The position numbers and the translations under genes were made by a program. This document shows, piece after piece, positions 25,501 through 35,970 of a DNA stretch of 64,000 nucleotides; position 1 is the first letter of the stretch, and the number at the start of each line of letters is the position of its first letter. This DNA comes from Yuukianura sp. NJ FZ-2021 (taxonomy: Eukaryota), in assembly GCA_046563655.1 (NCBI GenBank), contig CM102286.1, forward strand, positions 186,001-250,000. The letters are read 5' to 3'. The notes under the pieces are model-generated. The model was given only the letters and a program-made list of their open reading frames with translations, was not told the origin of the DNA and did no database searches.

Positions 25501-28500
25501 GACCTGATTGGTCCATTGCTGCTTTGTCATCACTGGATCCAGATACTGCCAAAGTATTGCCAGTATTTGTCCAAGCAGATCCCAAAATCCACCACCTTCC
25601 TCTAGTATCCGCTTCAAGAAAAATAAACATTAAATTGAATTCAAAAAGTGTCGGAGATTGTTTTTAAGCTTACCATTTAGTAAGTCTTGCAAAGAAATCT
25701 TGAGTTCAGAGACGTAGTTCCCCTTGTGAATGAAAGTTTTCATAATTTTTTGTAAATGGTCGCCAAAGGACGGATCGTAGTTCGGAATCTTCGTCATGTT
25801 GTTGTTTCGTATCGCCAGAAGAATCTCCAACATGAACTTCACTCTCGACCTGAAATTCACAAACAAGAATGAGTTAAAAATGTCAAAAAAAAAGTAATAT
25901 TTTGAAAATGTGTAGAAATTGACCCTTGGTTATCGGTTTGTGCTTGAGACGCTTTTTGCTGAAGCAATTGAATCAAACTTTTTAGAGCTGCTGGATCGTC
26001 CTTCCTCAGGCGAAATCCAATGCTTCTCAAAATAGTTAAAATTAGTTCCACATCTTTCGGTCCAAAAGAGTCCCCGAGTAATTTGAGAACGTCGTAAATG
26101 AGGCAGCAATCCACAATCTAAAAGAGAATTAATCAATTGAAATCAAGATTCAAAGGTTAATTGACTTCAGTGCTGATTGAAACTTAATTATAGTTTACCT
26201 TGAAATGGTACATGTATGAAATGATTAGGACTAAATTCTCCAGTTCCTTTCCCTCGGTCTGTTCCTGGTTAGCAGTATTTTGTTGGTATAATTTATGAAA
26301 TTGGTGAGTGAATGACTGGATAAAGAAAGCTCCCACTTCTGTTCCAACATTTGCATGTAAAATCCCAATGAGCATCACATGTTCCAGAATGATGCGATCC
26401 GAATTGAGAATGGGCGAAACCAGAACGGCCGACATGAGTTCCAGCAGGGTTTCGTTCATTTCGTTCCGACTGTTCTCCATGTAGAACGATTCTATCTGCA
26501 AATTTAAAAAGTAACAACATCTTTGGAAAAAAATAGCATTGTTTTTAGCACTTGGAAAGAAAGTCGTACCTGAGTAGCGATGCTATGCATGTTGCTCTCT
26601 GAAAGACGATTGAAGAGCCCTTTGAGTGATTTCTTGATCTTGTCACTCTTCTGCGACTGTCGTTTCATTGGTGGAACGTACTTTCCAGTAGAAGCGGAAG
26701 GAGTTGTGGAAACAGCTGATGCAATTTGAATATCCTTGACCTTAACAAAAAAAACACAACTTAAGACTCATTTTTTTTTAATAATTAAAGCACAATTTTT
26801 TAATTTTGAATCACTTACGACGTTTCCCTCCTTGTCTCTCATCCGCCCGTAAATATCCTCCCAAAACTCGGAATCCTTCTCATTTTTTGGTTTCTCCTTC
26901 GGTGATTCATCACTAGAATCCAAATCATCACTATGATCATCAGCAGCATCATCCTCACTATCTTCCTCAGCATCTTCTTCGTCTAGCTGATCTTCCAGGG
27001 GTTCATCGTTTTCTGAAAGATCTTCCTCATGACCATCTTCATCTTCACCGTCCACTTCCTGCTGATCTTCCTCTACATCCAGTTCGTCAGATGACAAATC
27101 TATGTCATCTTCATCAACTTCTTTATCTTCCTGGTCATCTTCAGAGTCTTCCGATCCCAAATCAACACTCGCATCATCAGGTTCTTCATCATCATCCTCT
27201 CCCTCTGAAACTTTCGAAAAACGTTTTGCTTCTTTTTCCGATTGTGCGTCCACAGAATCCTTCTTCTTATCCAAGTCGTTACAAAAGTCCAGCAAATCTG
27301 TCAAAGTACGTAAATCATTTATTAAATCCCGAAAGATGGAAACTTTTGAAACGTATTGTGTTGTGCGTACCACTACCACTTACAATCAAGACCGTCAACA
27401 CGGAAGGACGCTGGAACCTGTGCCTTTTTATTCAACTTGAGCTTTTTCTGAAGTGAACGAATCGTCCTGTCCTCTTCATCGTTGTCTTCCACCATTCTCT
27501 TTTTCCTCACTTCCTCCATTTCCAGTTTCAATTTGTCTACTTCCATCTTAAGTGGAACTGAAGCGTCATAGTCACTTTCAGATCCACTTCCCTCAGTCAA
27601 TTCTTGAGTGTCCCTTCGATTGCTTTTCATCGGAGCTTTGTCTTTGGATTTGTTCTTTTTCTTCTGCTGTCGTCGCTTCTTCTTCGGCACTTCAACTTCC
27701 TTTCCAAATTTTTTGAGCAAAAAAGTATGCTTCTCCGCCTTCTTCATTTTCCGTTGTTCCTTCCGCAGTTCTTTCCGGGTTTTAGGTGCATCAGGGTTAC
27801 GCTTTTGCTTGAAGTTTTTCTTGAAACTACGGTGACCTTGACCTTTCCGTTTGTGAGGGAGTGACAGCGACACTGGGTTGCATTTCATGATTCTCCTTGC
27901 ACTGTGTGTCAATACTTTTGATAAATTTAACCTTCTGGTGTAACTAATTGTAACTTTAATTAAGAAATAAACTTTAATTTCATTCTTATTTTGGAAAAAC
28001 AACTGTTGAAAAGTTAAAACAGAAAACATGTGCTTAGTACATCACATGTTTGGCAAAATGCAATTCATTTTGCAGTTCTGGAATGGCAATTGCAAATTTC
28101 ACCCTCGCCCCAGTGTTGTTATTCACTGTTTTGCAATTGCAATTGGCAATAGAGTCAAGCGTTTCAGTCATTGGCAATTCAAATCTGACAGTATTGCAAT
28201 TGCCAATCAAACAAAAACAAAAACAAGAAGCTGTGAGTGACTATTCCTCAGAATCGTTGGTTTGGCTTTAGCAATAAAATTGTGATTTGTGAATTTCTTA
28301 AATTTTAATTACCTTGATTAATTTTGGGACTGGAATGAGATCAATTAGATGTTGCATTGTTGAATCCCTGTCATCGTTATAACTCGAATCGTGTAGCCGT
28401 TTTGTCCAAGCCGCCGTCCAAGATTCCACTAAGTTCCTCCGTTGTCCAACTTGGTCCGACCCTGACCCGTTACTGCTTGTACTGTCACCAATTGATTCAT

Positions 28501-28990
28501 AAGCCTCTTTGAAAAGTGTGTTGATTTGTCTGGATAAGCCGCTTGTAGTTGGAGGTGAAATGTCACTGGATGATTCATGTTGACACTTCTCCAGTTCATA
28601 TCTTGTCTTCTGTAATAAATTGAGAACTTTCTGTTCAAATGAACACTGTGATGGATTAAGCAGTTGCTGCGTAGACTCTTGTCCAAGTCCACTTGTCTTC
28701 TGTTCCATTAGTCGTCGTATTTTCGTTTGTCGTTCATCAGCCCGAACCCAGTCAGACACTGTGTTGGGATGGACATGAAAAGTACGAGCAGCTGTTACCA
28801 TGGTCACCTTTACTTTCTCCTTTGTCGCTTGGGTTGCTGTCGATACTTGTGCGTCGTCTGAGCATTGTCTCATGAAATTGAGCACTTTGTCCTTGAACTT
28901 TGGCACGTAAATGTCAGTGGCCTTCGTCAACTTTCCGTCGTAGTCGCTACTACAATACGTCGGAGTTTGGAATCCACTCGATTCTCCCAT
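22568..28990 (-). CDS. Domesticated pogo-transposase-derived protein (POGK/Tigger-like): 2 Brinker/psq-like HTH, 2 CENP-B/Tc5 HTH, degenerate DDE_1 domain
   Basis: Exons 28990-28313 (YVPKFKDKVL..AARTFHVHPNTVSDW), 24304-23955 (YPPEFKVEIA..RRTARLFELSQRRVCEW), 23901-23343 (CSYGWYRRW; FVASAHWAHRF; IICLDEIPVTF), ~23272-22943 (LWDSFDLH; LQPINV), ~22874-22746, ~22618-22568. All junctions are phase-compatible and no TIRs were seen. The exon 1 to exon 2 join is inferred. Confidence 0.72.
24594..27888 (-). CDS. NOM1: Nucleolar MIF4G domain-containing protein 1 (NOM1/Sgd1)
   Basis: Multi-exon. Basic/acidic N-terminus, SFRVDGLDY, EDIYG, KYVPP, LKGLFNRLSESN (MIF4G), LRKDDP, SRVKFMLE, RGRWW.LGSAW, MNTDTRRNIF and MA3-type EKKFNPYY motifs. 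Confidence 0.93.
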
Positions 28991-29298
28991 TTTCCTACAA
29001 CACAAACAAAATTTATAAAAATCATAAAAATTAAAATAAAATGAGATTAAAACTTACGATAATGACAGCAACTTCTCTAACTCCTTTCTTTGGTCTGATT
29101 TGTTAACATTGACAAATTGTTTTATTTTGAAGTTTTGAATTCTTTTTGAAAACTCCCACAATTTTGTCTCAAATAGAACTGGACCAGGGATGTCTTTTCT
29201 ACATTTTCTGTTTCTACACGGATAAATGGTATAGAATTTACTGTAAACTGTGTAAACTATTTTCAATGGAAGTTCTCTCTAAATTAAGAGTTTCACTT

Positions 29299-31594
29299 TT
29301 ACAACTCTTCATGTAGACGCTTGTTACTCTGCGGATTGTGGCAGGCCGTTGGAGTGCTGAATTCAAACTGGTATTCGCAGCGAGAAGGCTCCACGACGGA
29401 CAAGACACGGTTCTCCAGTCCACAACTCAGCAACACCTAAACAACCAACTTCAAATTACAGAAAACATCCAAAATCCGGGAGTTTGAAATGTATGCAGAT
29501 AAAGTTACCCGGGCGGATCGTGCTGGTCCATTCCAGCAAGACTGTCCTTTGTCGTACAGCATTTGACCATACTTGTTCTCTTCTCCTCCAGACCACGACC
29601 CCCACCGACCCAAACTCACAACTCCTCCGCCATTCTTCCCTCGCTGATTCGACTGAAACCACAAACAAACATTTAATACTTCTCCAATAAGTTTCAACTG
29701 GGAACAATTTCAAAAGTTAGAAATGAGAAGCTGATTGGTTGAGAATGGACTTACGTCTTTGAATGGACACAGAGTGTAGACGTACTCACGATCTTCGTAG
29801 TCGAAGCAATGGCCGTGTAAAGGAGAAAATCTGAAACGAATTAATAATAAATAAATTTTACATGAATCAGTGAGAGGCAAAATAAAATTGACGTCGTCGG
29901 TCTTACAGACAGACAGACGGACAGAAATGCCGTTCTTCTTTTTGGCAGAAACAAATTCCTACCTTTCGTCATCTCCAAAATCAAGGTTGAGGATGTCGTT
30001 GACTTCCTGGAGTTTGTGGGAAACATCACGAAATACTTTGTCAGCCTCCTGAAACTCGCTTCTCGCAATATCAGCAGCTGAAAGGAAATTAAACAAACTC
30101 AAATGAAACAACACGCAGCTATACAATAGTTATGGAGGATTTGGGGTACCTCGGATCAGTTCCATTGTTCTCTCGTCGTACTTCGGCTTATCCGATTCAG
30201 GCACGACATTATCCTTCCCTACTTCCAACTTCTGCTCTTCCTCCTCCTCCTCATCGTCAAAGTCGTCGTGAGCGTGATCGTCTTGGTCTTCTTCTTCTTC
30301 CGGTCTCTCCGTAATACCTTCTGTCTCTTCTGCCACTTCAGGAGGCTGTGTTTGACTCGGGGGAGTAAACATTCCTCGCTCCATGAGAAAGTAAGGCTTT
30401 GCCAGTATCCAACCACTCTTCAAAAACTCATCTCTGCTCATCTCTTGTTCTAAATTCAAAAAGAAAGAAGCTTCCTCTTCTGACACTACGCCGTCCTTGT
30501 CTCGATCGAAAGTGGAACGGGCCTAGGACAAACAAAAAAAATTAATAAGCAAAGAGAAAAACAAAAAACAAAGGAATATTTGGTTTCGTTTTTCAAAAAT
30601 GTGTCACTGCTTACTTGAATCTCTGCTACGCCGATGACTCCATCACTATTCGAGTCCAACAGCTCAAACATTTCAATCGCTTCAACCTCCACACGCCCTT
30701 TTTCTTCTTCATCTTCTCTTTTCTTCCGTTCGTCTTCTACTCGCTGATACTCTGCAAGTGCCTCTTTTTCTGGTGCTTCTGCCTCGTTCTTCACAGTTTC
30801 CTTTGAAGTCTTCTTGGCTTCAGCCTGTTTCAATTCAGCTTCCAGTCGACTGCGCTCCTCCTCCTTGGCTTGACGACGACTCTTTCCTTCAGCGCTCATC
30901 TCGAGACGTTTCTGGTAGCCATCTTTGATGAGACGAGCAGATCGTTCTGCTTCTTCACGTGCTGCACGACCCAATTCGTTACATGTATTCGCACAACTGG
31001 ACTCCATACTCTCGTCACTACCATCGCAACAATCTGAAAGTAATTCCTTGTGTTAAGTCGGAACTAATCAAAGATCAGCTGAATCGAACGTAAAAGGAAA
31101 AATTTACCACAAATTCCATCGTTGACTCGAGAAGACTGAAGAAAGGAAGAGACGTGACCTGCATTTACGCAGAAGAATTGACCGTTATTGCAAGCTGCCG
31201 TACCCGGTTCATCTGAAAATGAATCCTCTATTTAGTGAAGTTTGTTTCAATTGTTTTACTCTTGTTTTAGGTGGACTAAAGTTTAAGCCTGACCACTTCC
31301 ATCAGGACAGTCGCAGTAGTCGTCGTTGACGAAGGAAAAGGGAATCAACTTGGATCCATCGAGGCACATGAAGTCCTTCTGAGGGTCATACAAAGCAGCC
31401 CCTGCAAATTAAGTTAGTTAATTAAACTTTAGTTGGTTGTCAAGTTAGGATTTAATTGTTTTGTGGTCCTTACTTGATAAAGGGACTCCTCTTGGAGTGT
31501 TAAAGTTAGCTGAGATGAGGAAGTGACTGGACAGAACTCCGAGGAGACCAAGGAACGATAGGCTCCCCCACACGCACCCATTGTCCACTCCCAT
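29299..31594 (-). CDS. PRKCSH: Glucosidase II beta subunit
   Basis: Signal peptide, [20 protein letters not shown] and [14 protein letters not shown] motifs, EF-hand (LDSNSDGVI), acidic tract, MRH domain ([18 protein letters not shown]), and C-terminal ER-retention HEEL*. Confidence 0.95.
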
Positions 31595-32348
31595 GATTCA
31601 TTCACCTCCCTTCTTCAACAGTTGACCGGAGATATTGGGGAAATAAAGGGGTTATTAACCTTAGCTGACGTTAGTAACAGTAGCGGAAGTGACCTGGTTT
31701 CGGCAAAAGCGGGCCTTGAACTTGTTATTTGTGAACAATCTAAGGTAATCTAAAACTAAATAGTTTCGGTTATTCGGTGGACAGAACAGAACATTGACAT
31801 TTGACGTTAGACGTGTAAGTGAATAAAAATTTGAAAAGAATTCCCGCCATTCTGTCTCAAGTGCTAACACACTCCTGTGCCTAAACCTCAGATAATGCAT
31901 ACAAATTCCAAACCAATGTTTTCTCATTTTCTGCAAAACCCCACAAAGTTTTCAAATTCCTTTTGTTCGGAATTTGTCGGCCGAAATTAGTTAAGTTACG
32001 CGTATTTTATTATTAGTCATTAAAATTCAAATATTCTACAAAATCTCCGTTGATCCAATCATAATTACTCAACGCATGAAATGATTTTCTTGCGGACACA
32101 AAATACTCTGCACTCTGAAGTTGGTAGAAGTTATAAAAATACAAATTTTGCAAAAACACTTATATTAATGAAGATTATTATATTAAATAATTCAAATTTC
32201 GTTGCATGCGAAGCTTCGCCATTTTTGTTCCTAAGGTGTGGCTTGAAAAGGAATCCAGGCCAATGCCATCCCAAACCCAAAGCGAAAGCGCAGCACAGCA
32301 TCTCTAAAAAAGAAGTTCGTGGACGAAACTTTTAAAAACATTTAAAAA

Positions 32349-34889
32349 ATGAATTTTGTGAAAATACTACTCATCTTTGTCTACTATTTCCTTGTACTAT
32401 CGGAAACTAAGGAAGTGAGGTTTTTCGAAGGCGTGAATGCCCTCGTAGCAGAATACGGTGACTCGGAAGTGCTTATTGTCAAACTCGGTCCAAACTCAAC
32501 GTATGACCTTGATGTGGGACCGATTACTTCTGTTCCGTCCATGATACTTGACCGACCAATACGGGAATTCCGAGTTCACAGGGCATGGCGAAATAGTAAT
32601 TACTCAATGGCCTTGTTCGTAGTGGATCAACAAACTAGATTGGAGGAGATGCTTGATTTTACGGTATTCTTCATGCATTATTACCCGGATCCGGCAGGTT
32701 ACAGGTCCATGTACGTCAATATACTGCTCGACGACCCATATCGACAACTGATTACAGATCTACCGCCTAGAATATACGACTTACCGAGGCAACACATGTT
32801 CGTGTCGCATTATGTGTATCGGCAGTTCGCCAAACGGGAAAGCATCAAGACCAGTTACTATGAGCTCATCGATGTAACAATGTCAATCCGTAACGCGCCG
32901 TACACCGATTATAGCTACAGGTTTGTTGGATATACGTATGTTTCATTTGCACAGCAAGTAGAGATGGGAGCGTGTCACAATGAATCGAGGACGGGGTCAT
33001 CATGTAGATCCAAGGTTGACACGATCATGGAACCGTTTCTGGACGGACTCATAGTTGAACCGGGTAAATATTCTGATTGTAAAGGCATCGACAAGCACTG
33101 CTTAAAGGAGGTGACCAAATTGTACAGAAATCGATCCTTGTTACAAACTGACCCCAGGTTTCATCGTATCAAGGATATTATGCGGGCACACTTTGGGTCA
33201 CCGGCTACCAGGGCAAAGGCAAAGTCAAAACTCTTGTCTATTACAGATACCCGGGAATTGATCCAACGGCTTCTAATGGAAGGAGTTGACTTGTGGTTTT
33301 TCTACGCAAACAGTTCTGATCCAAAGAATGGGATTGGTACTAATTCGAACGCCAATTTGTTATCCCGCATGACGCTGGAGACACTGGGGCCTGAGGCATT
33401 TGTCGATGACAGGTACCGTGTACATCGGTCTATCTTCCAAATCGGCACGAAGTGGATGAACTTTATGACGTGTGACGGGGTTCATCAACGACTGACGTTC
33501 ACGTTCTACGTGGCGCCTTACGACACGACCTCATGGATCGTCTATGTTGCTTGCATCACGCTAATTTTCCCTGTTGTCGTACTGTTATACAGAAAGTGGA
33601 GTTTGGCGCCGCCAGCTACGTGGCGTGAAAACGTCCAAATCATGCAGGAAGTTGTGTTCTTTAATGTCGCTGCAACATTTGACATTGGGGAAAGCTTGCC
33701 ACGCAGCCTTCAAAACGTTGCTGGGGCGATGCGAGCGACTACATTTGTTCTTGGACACTGGCTCCTACTCATGGTCGTACTAGGCGGGGCTTACAAAGGA
33801 ATTGTGACTACCGAATTGACATTACCCGCAAGCATTACTCGAACGCACGTCAACGTCACGGAAATGCCCGCATTCGTATTTTATGCCCCAGACGCTTACA
33901 TGAAGAGGCACCGGGCTTTAATAAACTTAAACAGAAGCGTTCTTGGACCGTATGGGCAAGACTGGAATGACATTTCAAATCTACGCCATTGTCTTTGTTA
34001 CCCGAAGCTCTACACGGAAATCCTGAGACTTGGCGAGAGGTTTTGTACGAATTATGAATTTCGAGACAACAATTGTTCCGTACTGCACCGTGTTTTTGCT
34101 GAGATGAACCAATCCATTCCGACCAAGATGCCTCCCGGGTTCTGCGAATATACCTTCGATGATTCTAGAGTCAAAATGATGGATCACAGTTACAGACAAA
34201 CCGGCAGTTTGAATTTAACTGCCTTTAAAAGGCCAAAATCCTATTTCTTAGTGGCAATTCGTTGTGACCCGATATTGGTCGTGGCCAGTAAGAAGGTTCT
34301 GCACAAGCCTCTCACAATCTCGCCCGAACCATTTGCTTACGGAATTGTTGCAGAAAAAAGCAGAGTAGGACCTTTGTTTTCTTACCGCTATGCCAAACAA
34401 AGTCTCCGATCGTACTATGAGGGCATTGTGAACCTCACGAAATCTTGTGACAAGGTGGGGTACATTGACTACGACGACAATTTGGACAAGATCTTGGCGA
34501 TTTCAGAGGAGATGGGTGAAGGTCCTTATAAGAAAGGGGAGTCCAAAATCTTCAAGATGTGGGACGGTTACAGTTTGGCTCATTTTCATCGAGCCGCCAC
34601 TGCCCGGATGTATCGACAGTTTCATCTTGTGGCTCAATCCGGGATTCTGCCTTACTGGACCCAGTGGCAAAGTCGCATTGAGGCATTCGCTTTGGCTTTG
34701 GATCCCACTGAACACATTCCTTTATCCCACAACGTTCCCCATCACTTCAAGCCCGTTAAATTGTCCTCCAACATCCAAACCATTTTTGTTGCTTGGGCGG
34801 TTTCCCTTCTCTTTTCCCTCCTCGTTTGGAGCGTAGAATTAACGCGCGTCTTTGTCTCAGTTGCAAAGCAAGTGTTTTGGTTCCTTTAG
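32349..34889 (+). CDS. Intronless divergent ionotropic receptor (IR)-like protein, 846 aa
   Basis: Single ORF with a signal peptide, NFMTCD, FYVAPYD..SW, TM segments, GAYKGIVTTELTLP, QSGIL and a C-terminal TM; same motif set as the 18-21 kb gene. Confidence 0.8.
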   Translation: MNFVKILLIFVYYFLVLSETKEVRFFEGVNALVAEYGDSEVLIVKLGPNSTYDLDVGPITSVPSMILDRPIREFRVHRAWRNSNYSMALFVVDQQTRLEEMLDFTVFFMHYYPDPAGYRSMYVNILLDDPYRQLITDLPPRIYDLPRQHMFVSHYVYRQFAKRESIKTSYYELIDVTMSIRNAPYTDYSYRFVGYTYVSFAQQVEMGACHNESRTGSSCRSKVDTIMEPFLDGLIVEPGKYSDCKGIDKHCLKEVTKLYRNRSLLQTDPRFHRIKDIMRAHFGSPATRAKAKSKLLSITDTRELIQRLLMEGVDLWFFYANSSDPKNGIGTNSNANLLSRMTLETLGPEAFVDDRYRVHRSIFQIGTKWMNFMTCDGVHQRLTFTFYVAPYDTTSWIVYVACITLIFPVVVLLYRKWSLAPPATWRENVQIMQEVVFFNVAATFDIGESLPRSLQNVAGAMRATTFVLGHWLLLMVVLGGAYKGIVTTELTLPASITRTHVNVTEMPAFVFYAPDAYMKRHRALINLNRSVLGPYGQDWNDISNLRHCLCYPKLYTEILRLGERFCTNYEFRDNNCSVLHRVFAEMNQSIPTKMPPGFCEYTFDDSRVKMMDHSYRQTGSLNLTAFKRPKSYFLVAIRCDPILVVASKKVLHKPLTISPEPFAYGIVAEKSRVGPLFSYRYAKQSLRSYYEGIVNLTKSCDKVGYIDYDDNLDKILAISEEMGEGPYKKGESKIFKMWDGYSLAHFHRAATARMYRQFHLVAQSGILPYWTQWQSRIEAFALALDPTEHIPLSHNVPHHFKPVKLSSNIQTIFVAWAVSLLFSLLVWSVELTRVFVSVAKQVFWFL

Positions 34890-34908
34890 GTTGAAGTAAT
34901 CTTAGGGC

Positions 34909-35292
34909 CAGTGTTCCGTAAAAACGTTTTTTTTTAAACTCGTACGTTGTTTTTTGCTGTTTTTGCTTGAATTCATTTTTTTTGCTTGAATTTATTGCTT
35001 AGAATGCATATGCCTCTATAGAACCGAAAAATCCAGACGGAATTATAAATTAAACGTAGGACTAGTACATTGATGCACGTTAAGGCTTGGATAGTTATTC
35101 CATTGCTTGAGTATACTGATCTTAACCTCAGTTTTACTTCAAAGAAGTTAGTTTCGCTGTTTTAATTAGCTATTATCTAAATAATGCAAAAAAAACAGCA
35201 GAAAGCAAGAAACCCGTCCTTGCTGTATTTGCCTTTAAAAGCAAAAAAAGCAAGCAATTAAAGCAACTGCTGTAAAGCACCTCGGAACACCG
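34909..35292. mobile_element. Degenerate hAT-like MITE remnant (related end at ~52575-52598)
   Basis: Imperfect termini CAGTGTTCCG / CGGAACACCG with an AGCAAA/TTGCT-rich interior; no clear TSD. A similar terminus (AAAAAGCGCTTTTTATGGAACATTG) and interior occur at ~52200-52598. Confidence 0.4.
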
Positions 35293-35970
35293 CATGTCTC
35301 AAGGCAACTCCTTAAAATATTTTAATATAAAGTAGAAAAATATTTATAATATAAAGTAGAAATAGTAATATTATCTCACATAATAAGAATTCGCCTAACT
35401 TAATTAATTTGGGCCGACGAAATAAAAGGAATCCCAACTCCACAACTTTTGTTTCGTTTTGGTTTCGCAGACATTCACAAAAAGTTGGTTTCGAATTTTC
35501 GAAAACAAGCTCAAAAACCAACCAACTTTTTTCGCAAACCATAACTGGGTTGGGATACTGGATGGATTGTTGGGTATATTTGGAAAATATTGTTTATTTT
35601 GAAATTTTTGAAATATTGTTTGATGTTCCGCTTCTAGTCAGTGTTTGTTGTTCCCAATAAATATTTGGTGATTTGAATATTTTGCGGCGGGAAATTTGAA
35701 TTGAGTCGATGTTTTGCATGGAACGGTTCAAAATAAATGTTTCTCTTTTACTATATTCATTCTTATAAAACAAAAAAGTGTGAAAATATTCTATTTGGCA
35801 TTTGCATTATGTTTGTCCTTAATCGAAGGACAATGACCTTGTAAGGGTACTTAAGGGCTACTTTAGCAAAAGTGAAGGAGACAGGAGTTGGTAGGTTAAG
35901 GGCTAAGTGAGCCCTTCGAAGTGTCACAGAAGAACATGCGAAGTCATTTCAAAAAACAGAGTGTAGTTAA

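Noticed and set aside
28070..28206. GCAATTGC-rich inverted repeats upstream of NOM1 as a MITE
   Set aside because: Short, degenerate arms and no TSD; cannot be distinguished from promoter motifs or low-complexity sequence.
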